Below are positions 23,429 through 33,900 of a DNA stretch of 64,000 nt, one piece after another. The number at the start of each line of letters is the position of its first letter. Within the stretch, counting starts at the first letter, position 1. The stretch covers positions 3,904,001-3,968,000 of the forward strand of contig OY969474.1 in the NCBI GenBank assembly GCA_963700145.1. The letters run 5' to 3'. The translations under genes were made by a program, and so were the position numbers. The notes under the pieces were generated by a model. That model worked only from the letters and a program-made list of their open reading frames with translations. It was not told the origin of the DNA and ran no database searches. Origin of the DNA: an uncultured Acidobacteriota bacterium. GTDB lineage: Bacteria; Acidobacteriota; Thermoanaerobaculia; Multivoradales; UBA5704.

Positions 23429-24274
23429 GGCGAAACCTCCTCGGGTCGCGGGACCCGTTGCGAGCGTGCGCGGCGCGCTCCAGACGTAGCGCCGGCCGGG
23501 GAGCAGCCGGTCGAGGAGCGGCACCGCGGGGGAGAGGAAGAAAAGCGAGAGGAGAAGCCCGTTCGGGCGGTAGAGGACGAAGGTCACGTACCCCGCGCCG
23601 AGCGCCACGAGGAGCGCGAAGAGGATGCGGCCGGCGCGCGAGTCGGGCGTCGTCTTGGGGTCCGAGATCATGAAGAAGCAGAAGATCAGGAAGGCGCCGT
23701 TGGCGAGCTGGTGCAGCGGGATCGCCGCCGGCTGCCCGAGCCAGAGGGCGCGCCCGAAGAGCAGCGCCAGGTAGAAGCCGAGGAAGGCGTAGGTGACGTC
23801 CGAGCGCGCGGCGCGGTTGACCACCAGCCCGCCCAGGCAGGCCAGCGCGAAGCCGAAGACTGCCACGTTCCCCCACTGCCCCGGCGACACCCAGACCTGC
23901 CCGGTCGCGAGCATAGCCGCCACGATCCCGAAGTTCGTCGGGTTCCAGAGGTGCTTGCCGTCGAAGCGGAGCAGGAACTTCGAGGCCACCGTGGCGACGG
24001 CGGCAGCGACGGCGAGCAGCAGGAGGTTGGTGCGCAGCAGGAGACAGAGCGAGAGCCCCGAGATCAGCGCGCTCCGCGGCTCGAACGCCGGCAGGCGCCA
24101 GAGCCGGGTGCAGGCCCACTGCGTGAGGAGCACGGTCCCAAGGAGGACCGCCGCCCGCAGCGGCTCGATCTCGAGGTCGAGCCTGGCGATCCCGTAGACG
24201 AAGAGCGAGGCGAGGACGGCGATCTGGTAGTGCCGAGGGTCGCGGGCGAAGGCGCGGAGCGGGGCGGCGTTCAC
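23429..24274 (-). CDS. NqrB/RnfD-family membrane protein; no stop before the in-frame DUF2330 gene
   Basis: DPRHYQI, SALISGLSLCLLLR, KHLWNPTNFG and FFMISDPKTTP; one continuous ORF spans 22019-24274. Confidence 0.8.
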
Positions 24275-24391
24275 GGGCGGTCTCCTGTCGGCGGATTAGA
24301 CACCTCACCGGGGGCAAAGAAAACCGCGCTTCCCGGGCGGGCCTCCCTCCAGGCTCCGCTAGGAGTAGTCTTGAGTCTCTGAGGCTCAACT

Positions 24392-24868
24392 ATGGCACCT
24401 CTCATCGTCCTGATCGTTATGACGCTTCTAGCGCGGCTCGCCGGGCAGCTCGGGGTGGGCGCGCTGCGGGATTGGGCGGCGGCGACGCGGGTGGGGCTGG
24501 CGGTGATGTTCTGCTTCACCGCCGCCGCGCACTTCAACGCCATGCGGCCGGACATGGTGCGGATGGTCCCGCCGTCGGTGCCGGCGCCGGAGCTCATGGT
24601 GACGTTCACGGGGGTGTGCGAGATCCTCGGCGCCATCGGGCTGCTCGTGCCGCGCACGCGGCGCCTCGCGGCGGTGGCGCTGATCGTCTTCCTCGTCGCG
24701 GTGCTGCCGGCGAACATCCACGCCGCCATGACCGGTGGGACGATCGGCGGCGAGCCGGTGACCCCGCTGGTGCCGCGGATCGCGCTGCAAGCGCTGTTCA
24801 TCGCGCTGATCTGGTGGTCGGGCATCTATGCGGAACATAAGCGCCTCGGACCCGATCGTGCGGCCTGA
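24392..24868 (+). CDS. DoxX-family membrane protein
   Basis: AHF...MVPP...TGVCEILGAIGLL..R.RRLAA...PANIHAA. Confidence 0.8.
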   Translation: MAPLIVLIVMTLLARLAGQLGVGALRDWAAATRVGLAVMFCFTAAAHFNAMRPDMVRMVPPSVPAPELMVTFTGVCEILGAIGLLVPRTRRLAAVALIVFLVAVLPANIHAAMTGGTIGGEPVTPLVPRIALQALFIALIWWSGIYAEHKRLGPDRAA

Positions 24869-24879
24869 CTGGCTGGTTG

Positions 24880-25087
24880 CCGGTGCGGCGGGCATCTACA
24901 GCATGAAGATCGACGAGTCGGGCAACGTGACCGACGTGCGCGTCGAGCGCCGCGGCCATCCGGAGGTGGACGAAGGCCATCATGGCCGCCGGCCGCCCTC
25001 GAGCAGTGGCGCTACAAGCCGGCGACGCGCGACGGCAAGCCCATCGCCGTGTGCTACACGCAGTCGTTTCGGATCCACTATCGCTAG
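24880..25087 (+). pseudogene. Frameshifted TonB C-terminal domain remnant
   Basis: IDESGNVTDVRV...EVD in one frame, then ALEQWRYKPATRDGKPIAV in another. Confidence 0.65.
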
Positions 25088-25088
25088 C

Positions 25089-25826
25089 ATGCGACCGGCC
25101 GTGATCGACAGGTTCTTCCCCGAAGGCCGCGAGCAGTGGGAGACGTCGCCGGAGTATCGGCAGCGGCGGCAGGAGGCGATTGCCGCCGTCCGCGCCCGCT
25201 ACGCGCCGCTCCTCGCCGGCGCCGGCCCCGTCCGCCGTCTCTGGCTGTGGTGGCAGCGCCGGCGCGCCGTCGAGCGCGAGCTGGAGACGCTGTCGCCGAC
25301 GGACGCTTGCTTCCTGATGGCGCCTTCCTCCGCGGACCCGAGCCCGATCTCGACCGCCGTCGACTTCCACGGCTGGCGCTTCCTCGTGAACCGGGAGGCG
25401 ACGGCCGCCGCCTATGCGGCGAGCAGCTCGCGCGGCGCGGAGGACTGCTCCTGCGCTCACTGCCGGAACCTCATCCGGCAGCGGGAGCGCGAGCTTCCCT
25501 CGGAGCTGCTCGACTTCCTCCGGCGGGTGGGCGTCGATCCCAAGAAGGAGGCGGAGGTCTGGGAGGGCGGCGGTCTCGAAGACGGCCTGTCGTTCAACTC
25601 AGGCTGGTGGCACTTCATCGGCGAGGTCGTCGCGACCGGCGAGGAAGTCATTCCCCTGGAGCCCAACGCGGGGGCCCTGGGCAAGGACTGGACGGTCTTC
25701 TTCCTTCCGGGCGAGACTTCGCTGAAGCTGTCCACCCTCCCCAGTGCGCCTCTCGTGCAGGTCGAGTTCACCGCCAGCCTTCCGTGGGTCCTCGAGGAGC
25801 CCTATCCCGAACCCGCCCCCACATAG
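25089..25826 (+). CDS. Hypothetical protein with CxCxxC motif (possibly two fused ORFs)
   Basis: VNREATAAAY...CSCAHCRN...LRRVGVDPKK...GWWHFIG. Confidence 0.6.
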   Translation: MRPAVIDRFFPEGREQWETSPEYRQRRQEAIAAVRARYAPLLAGAGPVRRLWLWWQRRRAVERELETLSPTDACFLMAPSSADPSPISTAVDFHGWRFLVNREATAAAYAASSSRGAEDCSCAHCRNLIRQRERELPSELLDFLRRVGVDPKKEAEVWEGGGLEDGLSFNSGWWHFIGEVVATGEEVIPLEPNAGALGKDWTVFFLPGETSLKLSTLPSAPLVQVEFTASLPWVLEEPYPEPAPT

Positions 25827-25845
25827 AGGCTGCAGGAGCCGAAAA

Positions 25846-27126
25846 ATGGGAGCAACCAAGAGAGCAAAAGAAAACCACTTGCGGGTGTTCTGGTGGTTCG
25901 CCGTCGGCGCCATGTTCATCCAGCTCGCCGTCGGCGCCCTCGTCGTCTACTTCTTCGAAAAGTGGGACGAGAGGAGCTACTTCGGCGAGATGTTCGGTGT
26001 CGCGAGCTGCCTCTTCTCGGGCTTGGCGCTCGCCGGGATCATTCTCAGCCTGAGGTTCCAGTCCGAAGAGCTTTCCACCACGCGGGAGGAGTTGAGCCGC
26101 CAGTTCCGCCTCTCCCTGCTGAAGAACGTGCTGTCCGAGATCGACCGGCACGACGTGCACCTCGCGCGGAACTACGTGTACCGCAATGCGGCCAAGTACG
26201 CGGCCGTCACCGACGACCCGGTCACTCTCCAACAGCTCGATGAAGAGTCTTACGTCAAGGCTGGCATCGTGAGCAACTCGTTCGATCGGGTGGGAGTCCT
26301 GGTGGTCGACGACGAGGAGTCCAAGGAACTGGTGCTCAAGAGCTTCGGCCCGAGCATCGCGAGGTCGTGGGTTGCTCTCGAGCCCCTGATCAAGGTGCTG
26401 CGCAAGGGGCGATATGGCGCGGAGTACGAGACCTTCTTCCAGAAGCTGGCCGAGGAGGCCATCGAGCGCGCCGATCGGGCAAAGGTGGACGCAATGCTGC
26501 GTGCGTGGGCGGTGGATTCTGGTGGCGATCCCGTCGCGCGGCACGAGCGGGAGGTGGGGCAGCTCGCGCCCCTGCCGCTCGCTGAGCGTGCCACCTACTG
26601 GGAAAGGTTCTACGGCTCCGCCGAGAGCGACTTCCTTTTTGCCGATCGTGAAGTAGGGCGGTTCGGCGTGATCGCCGAGCTCATCGGGCGCCGGCCGGGC
26701 GCCGTGCGCGTTCTCGACGTCGGCTGCGGCGCCGGGGGCCTCTCCGCGCTGCTGCGGCCGGACGACGATTACCTGGGCATCGACATCAGCAGCGCCGCGA
26801 TCGGGCGCGCCGCGGCCGCGCACCCGGGGAGATCCTTCCAAGCAACATCGCTGGAGGAGGTCTCGCTCAAGGCAGGCTCGTTCGACTTCGTCGTGCTCTC
26901 CGAGGTGCTGTTCTACACCGACGCAGTGAGCGCCTTGAAGCGGGCGGCCGCCCTCCTCAAGCCGGATACGGGCCGGCTCGTCGTGTCGATATACTCCTCG
27001 CCCTCGGGAGACGAGATCCATCGGCTGCTTCGGGAACAGGTGGATGTCCTGCAAGAGATTCGGATCACGTCCACGGTCCCCGGGCTCGTGTGGACCGTCA
27101 TCCTCGCGAGGCCGGTGATCGTCTAG
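25846..27126 (+). CDS. Membrane-anchored DUF4760-like domain fused to a class I SAM methyltransferase
   Basis: Two N-terminal TMs (FGEMFG..LFSGLALAGII..Q..EL), a helical domain, then VLDVGCGAG, YLGIDIS and FDFVVLSEVLFY. Confidence 0.7.
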   Translation: MGATKRAKENHLRVFWWFAVGAMFIQLAVGALVVYFFEKWDERSYFGEMFGVASCLFSGLALAGIILSLRFQSEELSTTREELSRQFRLSLLKNVLSEIDRHDVHLARNYVYRNAAKYAAVTDDPVTLQQLDEESYVKAGIVSNSFDRVGVLVVDDEESKELVLKSFGPSIARSWVALEPLIKVLRKGRYGAEYETFFQKLAEEAIERADRAKVDAMLRAWAVDSGGDPVARHEREVGQLAPLPLAERATYWERFYGSAESDFLFADREVGRFGVIAELIGRRPGAVRVLDVGCGAGGLSALLRPDDDYLGIDISSAAIGRAAAAHPGRSFQATSLEEVSLKAGSFDFVVLSEVLFYTDAVSALKRAAALLKPDTGRLVVSIYSSPSGDEIHRLLREQVDVLQEIRITSTVPGLVWTVILARPVIV

Positions 27127-27129
27127 CCC

Positions 27130-27681
27130 ATGTCCTCCTACCTCAGCAACCGCGCCGGCGACCCTCCCGACCAGATCAAGCTCTACACCGCGGCCCTTCT
27201 CGAGACGCTGGGCGACCGCAACCCGCTGGAGGTCATGGGCGCGATGCCGGCGGCGCTGGGGGAGGCGATCGCCGGGGTCTCGCCCGAGCAGCTCGCGACG
27301 CCGGAGACGCCGGGGAAGTGGTCGATGCGGCAGGTGGTGCAGCACCTCTCCGACTCGGAGCTCGTCGGCGGCTTCCGCTTCCGCATGGTCCTGGCGCACG
27401 ACCGGCCGGCGCTCGCGGGCTACGACCAGGACCTGTGGGTCGAGCGGCTGCACCGGGACGACGTGGACCTCGAAGCGGCGCTCGCCGAGTTCACGGCCGT
27501 GCGCCGCGCCAACCTGCGGCTGCTCGAGCGGACGACACCTGAGGACCGCGAGCGCGTCGGCCTCCATTCCGAGCGCGGCGAGGAGAGCCTCGGCCTCTTG
27601 ATGCGCCTCTACGCCGCGCACGACCTGATCCACCTCCGCCAGCTCGCCCGCATCCGCCAGGCCGTCGCCCCGGCCGCCTGA
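27130..27681 (+). CDS. DinB family protein
   Basis: Motifs GKWSMRQVVQHLSD, YDQDLW and HDLIHLRQ. Confidence 0.9.
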   Translation: MSSYLSNRAGDPPDQIKLYTAALLETLGDRNPLEVMGAMPAALGEAIAGVSPEQLATPETPGKWSMRQVVQHLSDSELVGGFRFRMVLAHDRPALAGYDQDLWVERLHRDDVDLEAALAEFTAVRRANLRLLERTTPEDRERVGLHSERGEESLGLLMRLYAAHDLIHLRQLARIRQAVAPAA

Positions 27682-27712
27682 CGCGGGCCTCGAGGCCCTA
27701 GTCAACCGCCGG

Positions 27713-28510
27713 TCAGTTCGCCGCCGCCATCGCCGCCGGCGCCCGGTAGGAGAGGTCGGGGCGGCGGATGCCGACGCGGCGCTCGAAGCGGCGCACGAGC
27801 TGGAGGGTGCGCAGGTTGAGGGCCTCGCCCTCGGCGCCGAGCTTGGCGGCGGCCGCCTCCTGCTTGGCCGCCAGGTCGGCCGGGCTGGCGCCGTAGAAGG
27901 CGACCGCCCAGACCGGTAGGTCGTGGCCGGTGAGCGCCTGGTAGACCATGTAGCCCTCGGTCATCCCCTTCTGCTTGTAGAGCGCCTGCCACTCGCGGGC
28001 GATGGCCTCGGCGTCCATCTCGCGGCCGGGCAGCACGTAGTAGATGTCGTAGCTCACCGCCTTCGACTCGCTTGCCGCCTTGGCATAGTCCGCCGGCCAG
28101 TAGGAGAGGTCGGGGCGCGAGGTGACGACGGAGTCGTTCGAGGCGTGCACCGGCTCGCCGGCGCGGCGCATCATCTCGGCGAACTTGGCCTCTCCGAGCT
28201 TGCCGGCGACCTCGGCGAAGCCCTGCGGCACGGCGCCGATGTCGGCCCACCCCTTGATCGGCGCGACGAAGAAGAAGGAGAAGTCGTCGGTCATCACCAC
28301 GTCGAAGCTGGGGAAGCTCGCGGAGTTGCTGGCCTTGAGGGCGGCGATGAACTCCTTGGTCGTGCTCTCGTAGTCGGCGAGGCGCGACGGGTTGGCGAGC
28401 TCCTCGTGGAGCAGGAAGAGCTGCTGTTGCGACATGTCCTGGGCCGGCAGGGCGAGGCTGCCGGCGAAGAGGGCGGCGGCGAACAGGGCGGTGCACTTGA
28501 GCGTGCGCAT
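27713..28510 (-). CDS. Secreted hypothetical protein (internal duplication, RPDLSY twice)
   Basis: AAGGAGG SD, signal peptide, two halves each ending in RPDLSY. Confidence 0.75.
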   Translation of the reverse strand: MRTLKCTALFAAALFAGSLALPAQDMSQQQLFLLHEELANPSRLADYESTTKEFIAALKASNSASFPSFDVVMTDDFSFFFVAPIKGWADIGAVPQGFAEVAGKLGEAKFAEMMRRAGEPVHASNDSVVTSRPDLSYWPADYAKAASESKAVSYDIYYVLPGREMDAEAIAREWQALYKQKGMTEGYMVYQALTGHDLPVWAVAFYGASPADLAAKQEAAAAKLGAEGEALNLRTLQLVRRFERRVGIRRPDLSYRAPAAMAAAN

Positions 28511-28589
28511 CTCATCCTCCTTGGCAAGTTATGGGTCAGGAATTTCACCCCCTCTACGCGGCGAAGGGGCTGTTTGGATGGGCGCGCCG

Positions 28590-30920
28590 CTACTCGACGC
28601 GGAATGTCACGCCGTCGCTCCGCCCCAGGTCGTCGGTGACGACCAGGCGGTGCGTGCCGGTCTCCGACGCCAGGTAGAGGCGCTCGCCGGGGGCGGCGGC
28701 GCCGACCAGGAGGCCGTCGCGGTACCAGTAGAGCTGGCCGACGCCGGGGCCGGCGCGGGCGAGGAGGGGGATGCGCTGGTCCTCGGCCGGCACGCCGCGG
28801 CGCAGGCGGTAGGGGGTCGCCGGGTCGGGGGAGACGATCGCCGGCGGCTCGCCGACCGGGACGCCGCCGCAGCCGGGGCGCGGGCGCGGCGGCTCGGGGA
28901 CCGGGCGCCCCTGCGCCCGCCACCAGGCGGCCAGCTCGGGCGGGTAGAGGGTGAGGAGCGCGGCGCGGCTCGGGCGGCTCGCCAGGCAGTCGCCGGCCAG
29001 GAGCTTGCCGCTCTCGGCGTCCACCAGCGCCTCGCGGTGGTAGGTGCAGGCGCGCAGGCGCGAGCGGCCGGGGAGGTAGGGCGCGGTCAGCCGCTCGCGG
29101 CAGGCCGGGCCGGGCAGCTCGCGCGAGAGGGCGCAGAGCTCGATCGGTTCGAGCCGGGCGCGCAGCGGCTGCGGCGCGCGCCCGCCGGGATCGACGGCGC
29201 GGAAGAGGTCGAAGAGGAGCGGCCCGGCGTGCTCGCTCCCGGAGATCCCCTGCCGCGGCCGGCCGTCGAAGTTCCCCACCCAGACGCCGATCGCGTAGCG
29301 GCCGGAGAGGCCGATCGCCCAGGCGTCGCGGTGGCCGTAGGAGGTGCCGGTCTTCCAGGCCACCGCCGGCGCGTCGCGTGCCAGCGCCCAGGAGTCGGGC
29401 AGGTCGGGGCGGCGGAGGTCGGTCAGGATCTCGACGATCACCTGCGCCGCCTCGGGCGAGAAGAGCGGCTCGGGCCGCGGCTCCTCCGGGCGGGCCGCGG
29501 TCTCGAGGAGGCGCGGCGCGCGGTGAAGGCCGCCCTCGGCGAGGGTGGCGTAGAGGTTGGTCAGGTCGAGGAGCGTCACCTCGCCGGCGCCCAAGACGAG
29601 CGGCAGGCCGTAGGCGAGCGGCTCGCGGTCGAGGGTGGCGAGGCCGCCGCGCTGGAGGAGCTTCTGGAAGCGCGGGAGCCCGACCTCGGCGAGGAGGCGC
29701 ACCGCCGAGGCGTTGAGCGACTGGATGAGCGCCTCGCGCACCGTCACCCGGCCGCGGTAGCGCTCGTCGTAGTTCTCGGCGACGTACCCCGAGAAGTCTG
29801 TCGGCACGTCGAGGAGATAGGAGTCGGGCAGCACCCGCCCCTCGTCGAGCGCCATGGCGTAGAGGAACGGCTTGAGCGCCGAGCCCGGCGAGCGCGGGGC
29901 GACGGCGCCGTTGACCTGCCCCTGGAAGGCGGTGTCGAAGAAGCCGCCGGAGCCGACCAGGGCGCGCACCGCGCGCGGGCCGTTCTCGACGATGACGACG
30001 GCGGCGTTGCCGATCCCCTGGGCGCGGAGGTCGGCGAGGCGGCGGCGCACCTGCTCCTCGGCGGTGCGCTGGAGGCCGGCGTCGAGGGTGGTGGCGAGGC
30101 GCGGCGTCGCGGGGTAGCGCGCCACGGCCAGCTCGGCGAAGTGCGGCGCGGCGAACGGCGGCGCGCGGCGCGCCTCCGGGAGCGGCTGGCGGCGGGCGTC
30201 GGCGACCGCGGCCGCGGGGAAGGCGCGGAGCTCGGCGAGCCGGCGCAGGACGCCGTCGCGGGCCGCGCGCGCCGCCGCCGGCGCCGTCGCCGGGTCGAAG
30301 CGGTTGGGGGAGCGCGGCAGCGCCACCAGCAGCGCGATCTCGCCGAGCGAGAGCTGGTCCGGCGGCTTGCCGAAGTGGAACCAGGCCGCCGCGCCGACCC
30401 CCTCGACGTTGCCGCCATAGGGCGCGAGGTTGAGGTAGTGCTCGAGGACCTCGCGCTTCGTGAAGCGGCGCTCGAGCTGGAGGGCGCGGAAGCTCTCGCG
30501 CAGCTTCGAGGCGAGGGTGCGCGGCCCCGGCTCCGCCATCCGCGCCACCTGCATCGGCAGCGTCGAGGCGCCGGAGACGACGCGGCCGGCGCGCAGGTTG
30601 GTCCAGGCGGCGCGCACGGCGGCGAGTGGGTTGACCCCCGGATGGCGCCAGAACCAGCGGTCCTCCGCCGCGACGAGAGCGCGCGGCAGCTCGGGGGGTA
30701 ATTCGTCGAGGCGCACCGGCAGCCGCCAGCGCTCGTCGGCCGGCAGGAAGAACCGCAACGGCGCTCCCTCCCGGTCCGCCACCACGACCGCCGGCGGGCG
30801 CTCGAGGGCGTGCCAGGGGAAGGGGAAGAGGAGGTCGAGCGCGCGGAAGTACAGATAGGGGAGGAACGGCATGGCGGCCAGGAGCCACCACCTCCGGCGC
30901 GCTGTCACCCCGAGCCTCAT
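28590..30920 (-). CDS. pbpC: Penicillin-binding protein 1C
   Basis: Transglycosylase EDRWF/GASTLPMQVAR; transpeptidase SALK, SLN and KTG; directly downstream of alpha-2-macroglobulin. Confidence 0.93.
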   Translation of the reverse strand: MRLGVTARRRWWLLAAMPFLPYLYFRALDLLFPFPWHALERPPAVVVADREGAPLRFFLPADERWRLPVRLDELPPELPRALVAAEDRWFWRHPGVNPLAAVRAAWTNLRAGRVVSGASTLPMQVARMAEPGPRTLASKLRESFRALQLERRFTKREVLEHYLNLAPYGGNVEGVGAAAWFHFGKPPDQLSLGEIALLVALPRSPNRFDPATAPAAARAARDGVLRRLAELRAFPAAAVADARRQPLPEARRAPPFAAPHFAELAVARYPATPRLATTLDAGLQRTAEEQVRRRLADLRAQGIGNAAVVIVENGPRAVRALVGSGGFFDTAFQGQVNGAVAPRSPGSALKPFLYAMALDEGRVLPDSYLLDVPTDFSGYVAENYDERYRGRVTVREALIQSLNASAVRLLAEVGLPRFQKLLQRGGLATLDREPLAYGLPLVLGAGEVTLLDLTNLYATLAEGGLHRAPRLLETAARPEEPRPEPLFSPEAAQVIVEILTDLRRPDLPDSWALARDAPAVAWKTGTSYGHRDAWAIGLSGRYAIGVWVGNFDGRPRQGISGSEHAGPLLFDLFRAVDPGGRAPQPLRARLEPIELCALSRELPGPACRERLTAPYLPGRSRLRACTYHREALVDAESGKLLAGDCLASRPSRAALLTLYPPELAAWWRAQGRPVPEPPRPRPGCGGVPVGEPPAIVSPDPATPYRLRRGVPAEDQRIPLLARAGPGVGQLYWYRDGLLVGAAAPGERLYLASETGTHRLVVTDDLGRSDGVTFRVE

Positions 30921-30922
30921 CG

Positions 30923-33900
30923 TCACTGCCTTACCTGAACCTCCATCTCCCCCCGCTCCCCGGTCGCCCGTAGCGCCGGGTCGTACATCGCTTCGGCCTG
31001 CACCGGCGGCAGGCGGAACTTGCCGGGGGAGACCGCCCGTGCCACGGCGTAGAACTCCTGCCACGAGTCGGCGGGCAGGTCGGTGAAGATCAGGATCCGG
31101 TCGTCGCGCAGATCGAAGTGCCGCGGCTGGGCGGCCCTCGTCACCCAGGGCAGGGTCTCCGTCGTCTCGAGCCGCGGGTTCTCGACCTCCAGGCCCGACG
31201 GCAGGAGCTGCACCAGCGCCACGTTCCAGACCGGGCCCGAGACGCTGCGCACCCGCGTCTTCAGCACCACGAGGTCGCCCTGCCGCACGCTCCCGAGGTT
31301 GACCGGCGCGCCGTCGCGCGACAGCACCTCGCGCTGCACCTCGAGGCCGGCCGCGGCCGGCTGGAAGGCGCGGTCGGTCGGCACGCCGCGGGTGCGCAGG
31401 CTGTAGAAGGCGGCGCCCGGCTTGTAGCCGGCGTTCATCCGCACCCGCAGTGGCGCCGTGCCGCGGATGTCGCGGAAGACGACCGTCTGCTGGGTGAAGC
31501 TCCCGACTTTCTTGTCGCCGGCGAAGACGGTGCCCGAGTACGGCCCGAGCGCCGCCTGCCGCTTGAAGAGCTGCCCCAGCGCCAGCAGCGTGAAGCCGCT
31601 CTCCTGCGTGTTCCACGGCGTCGTCGCGGCCTGCGCGTCGCGGGCGAGCGTGTCCACCAGCGCCGGGATGCGCGGGCTGCGCGGCGCGGCGTCGAGGAGG
31701 GCGAGGAGGAGCAGGGCGCGGTTCCTCACCGTCGAGTTCCAGTTGCCGCCGGTCTGCCGCGCCACGCGCTCGACCTCGGCGAGCCCGGCGATCAGCTCGT
31801 TGAGCGCCTGCGGGTTGCCGGTCGCGGCGTAGGCCGCGGCCAGCAGCGCCCGCGACTCCGGCCGCAGCGCCGCCTTGTGCTTCTCGCGCAGGAAGTCCAT
31901 GGTGCCGGCGTCGGGCCGCCCGCCGCGCGCCAGGACGAAGAGCGCGTAGGCCGTGCGCTGCAGCTCCTCGGCGCCGTACTGGGCCTTCGCCCGCACCTGC
32001 CCGGCGAGGTAGTCGAGCCCGCCCTTGAGCAGCGCGTCGTCCACCGGGTGGCCGGCGCGCCGCGCCTCGACCAGGAAGTGGGTGGCGTAGACGCTCCCCC
32101 AGGGGTGCGCCGTCTGCTCGCCGGGCCAGAGGGCGAAGCCGCCGTCGAAGAGCTGCATCGTCGAGACCCGCCGGATCCCCTCCTGGACGTACCCCGCCGG
32201 CTGCGCCTTCTTGAAGAGATCCGGATCGAGCCGCTGGGCGAGGTCGGCGAGGTAGACCAGCGGAAACGCCGTCGAGACGGTCTGCTCGAGGCAGCCGTAG
32301 GGGTAGGTCAGGAGGTCGCGGAGCTTCCCTGAGAACTGGACGATCGGCACCGGGCCGAGCGCCAGCTCGCGGGTCAGCGTCTCGGGGCGGAAGCGGCCGG
32401 GGTCGGCGAGCGGCAGCTCGGCGGTGGCCTCCTGGAAGGCGCCGACGCGCTCCTCGGTCGTGATCGGCAGGTCGGGCCGCACCGGCACCGCCTCGCTGGT
32501 CTTCGAGGTCTCGCCGTTGCCCGTGGCGGTGACGGTCATGCGCACGCCGCCCGAGCGGTCGCCGGTGCGCACGTCGAAGTGGACCATCCCCTCGCGGCCG
32601 TTCGCCACCTCGACCTGCCGCGCCGCGTCCCCCTCGACCCGCGCCGGCCCGTCCACGCCGAGCGCCACGCGGAAGGCGCCGTCGCGGCCGGTGTCGTTGC
32701 GCAGCGAGACCGGCAGGCGCAGCGTCTCGGCGAACGACAGCACGCGCGGGAAGGTGGGCAGCAGGACGAGCGGGCTCCGCACCCGCACCCGGCGCTCGGA
32801 CGAGCCGAACTGCTCGCCGCGCACCGCCACCGCCATCAGGCGCACCGCCCCCTGGAACTCGGGGACGCGGAAGCTGACCGTGGCCTTGCCTTCGGCGTCG
32901 GCCTCGACCGGGCCCGACCAGAAGGCGACCGGCTCGGTGCGCCGGATGCCTTCGGTGCGCAGCGACTGCGCGAGCCCCTCCATCCCCTCGCCGCCGCCGC
33001 GCGCCGCCGCCCCCTCGGGCGCCACGTCGGGCAGCAGCAGGCTGAAGGTGTCGAAGGAGGCGACGGTGAGCGCGAGCTTGCGGTAGAAGTGCTCGAAGGG
33101 CTGCGGCGTCTCCTGCGCGATGAGCTGTAGCACCCCCTCGTCCACCGCCGCCACCGTGACGATCGCCTCCGGCGCGGTCTTCACCGCCACCGTCACCTTG
33201 GTCTCCGGCCGCACCTCGGCCGGCGCGGCGATCTCGACCGGCAGGCGGTTGGCGGTGCGGTCGACGCCGATCGGCACCGCGCCGAAGGCCCGCCCGGCCG
33301 AGCCGGGCTCGAGGTCGCCGACCTTGCGCACCAGGGTCGCCGTGACGTAGGCGTTGGGGCGGTAGGCGACCGTCACCGGCAGCTCGATGCGCGCCGTGTT
33401 GCCGTCGAGCATGTGGACCGAGGTGTGGAACACCCGCTCGCGCTCGACGGTCAGGAGAAGCTTGCCCGGGAACGGCGCGCGCACCTGGACGGTGGCGGTG
33501 TCGCCGGGCGCGTACTCGGTGCGGTCGAGATCGAGCTCCAACCGCGCCGGGTTCTTGAGCGCCCAGGGCGAGTACCCCCACTCGCTGACGAAGAACTCGA
33601 CCGCCGCCGCGGCCTGCGTGTCGGGGTCGGTCAGCACCACGCGGTAGCTGCCGGCCCGCCGCGGCTGGAAGCGGAAGCGGTCGCGCGCCTCGCCGCCGGC
33701 GATGGCGCGGGTGTCGACGAGCAGCGAGTCGCGCGTCGATTCGTAGCGGAAGGTCCCGGCCGGCGTGCGGCGCAGGACGGTGTTCCAGCGGTCGAGGAAG
33801 AGGTCGGCGCGGAGCGGCTTCGCCGGCGTCGCCTTGCCGTCGAGGCCCACCGCCGCGTACTCGAAGACCGCCGCCTGGCCGGGGCGCACGAACCCCTCGC

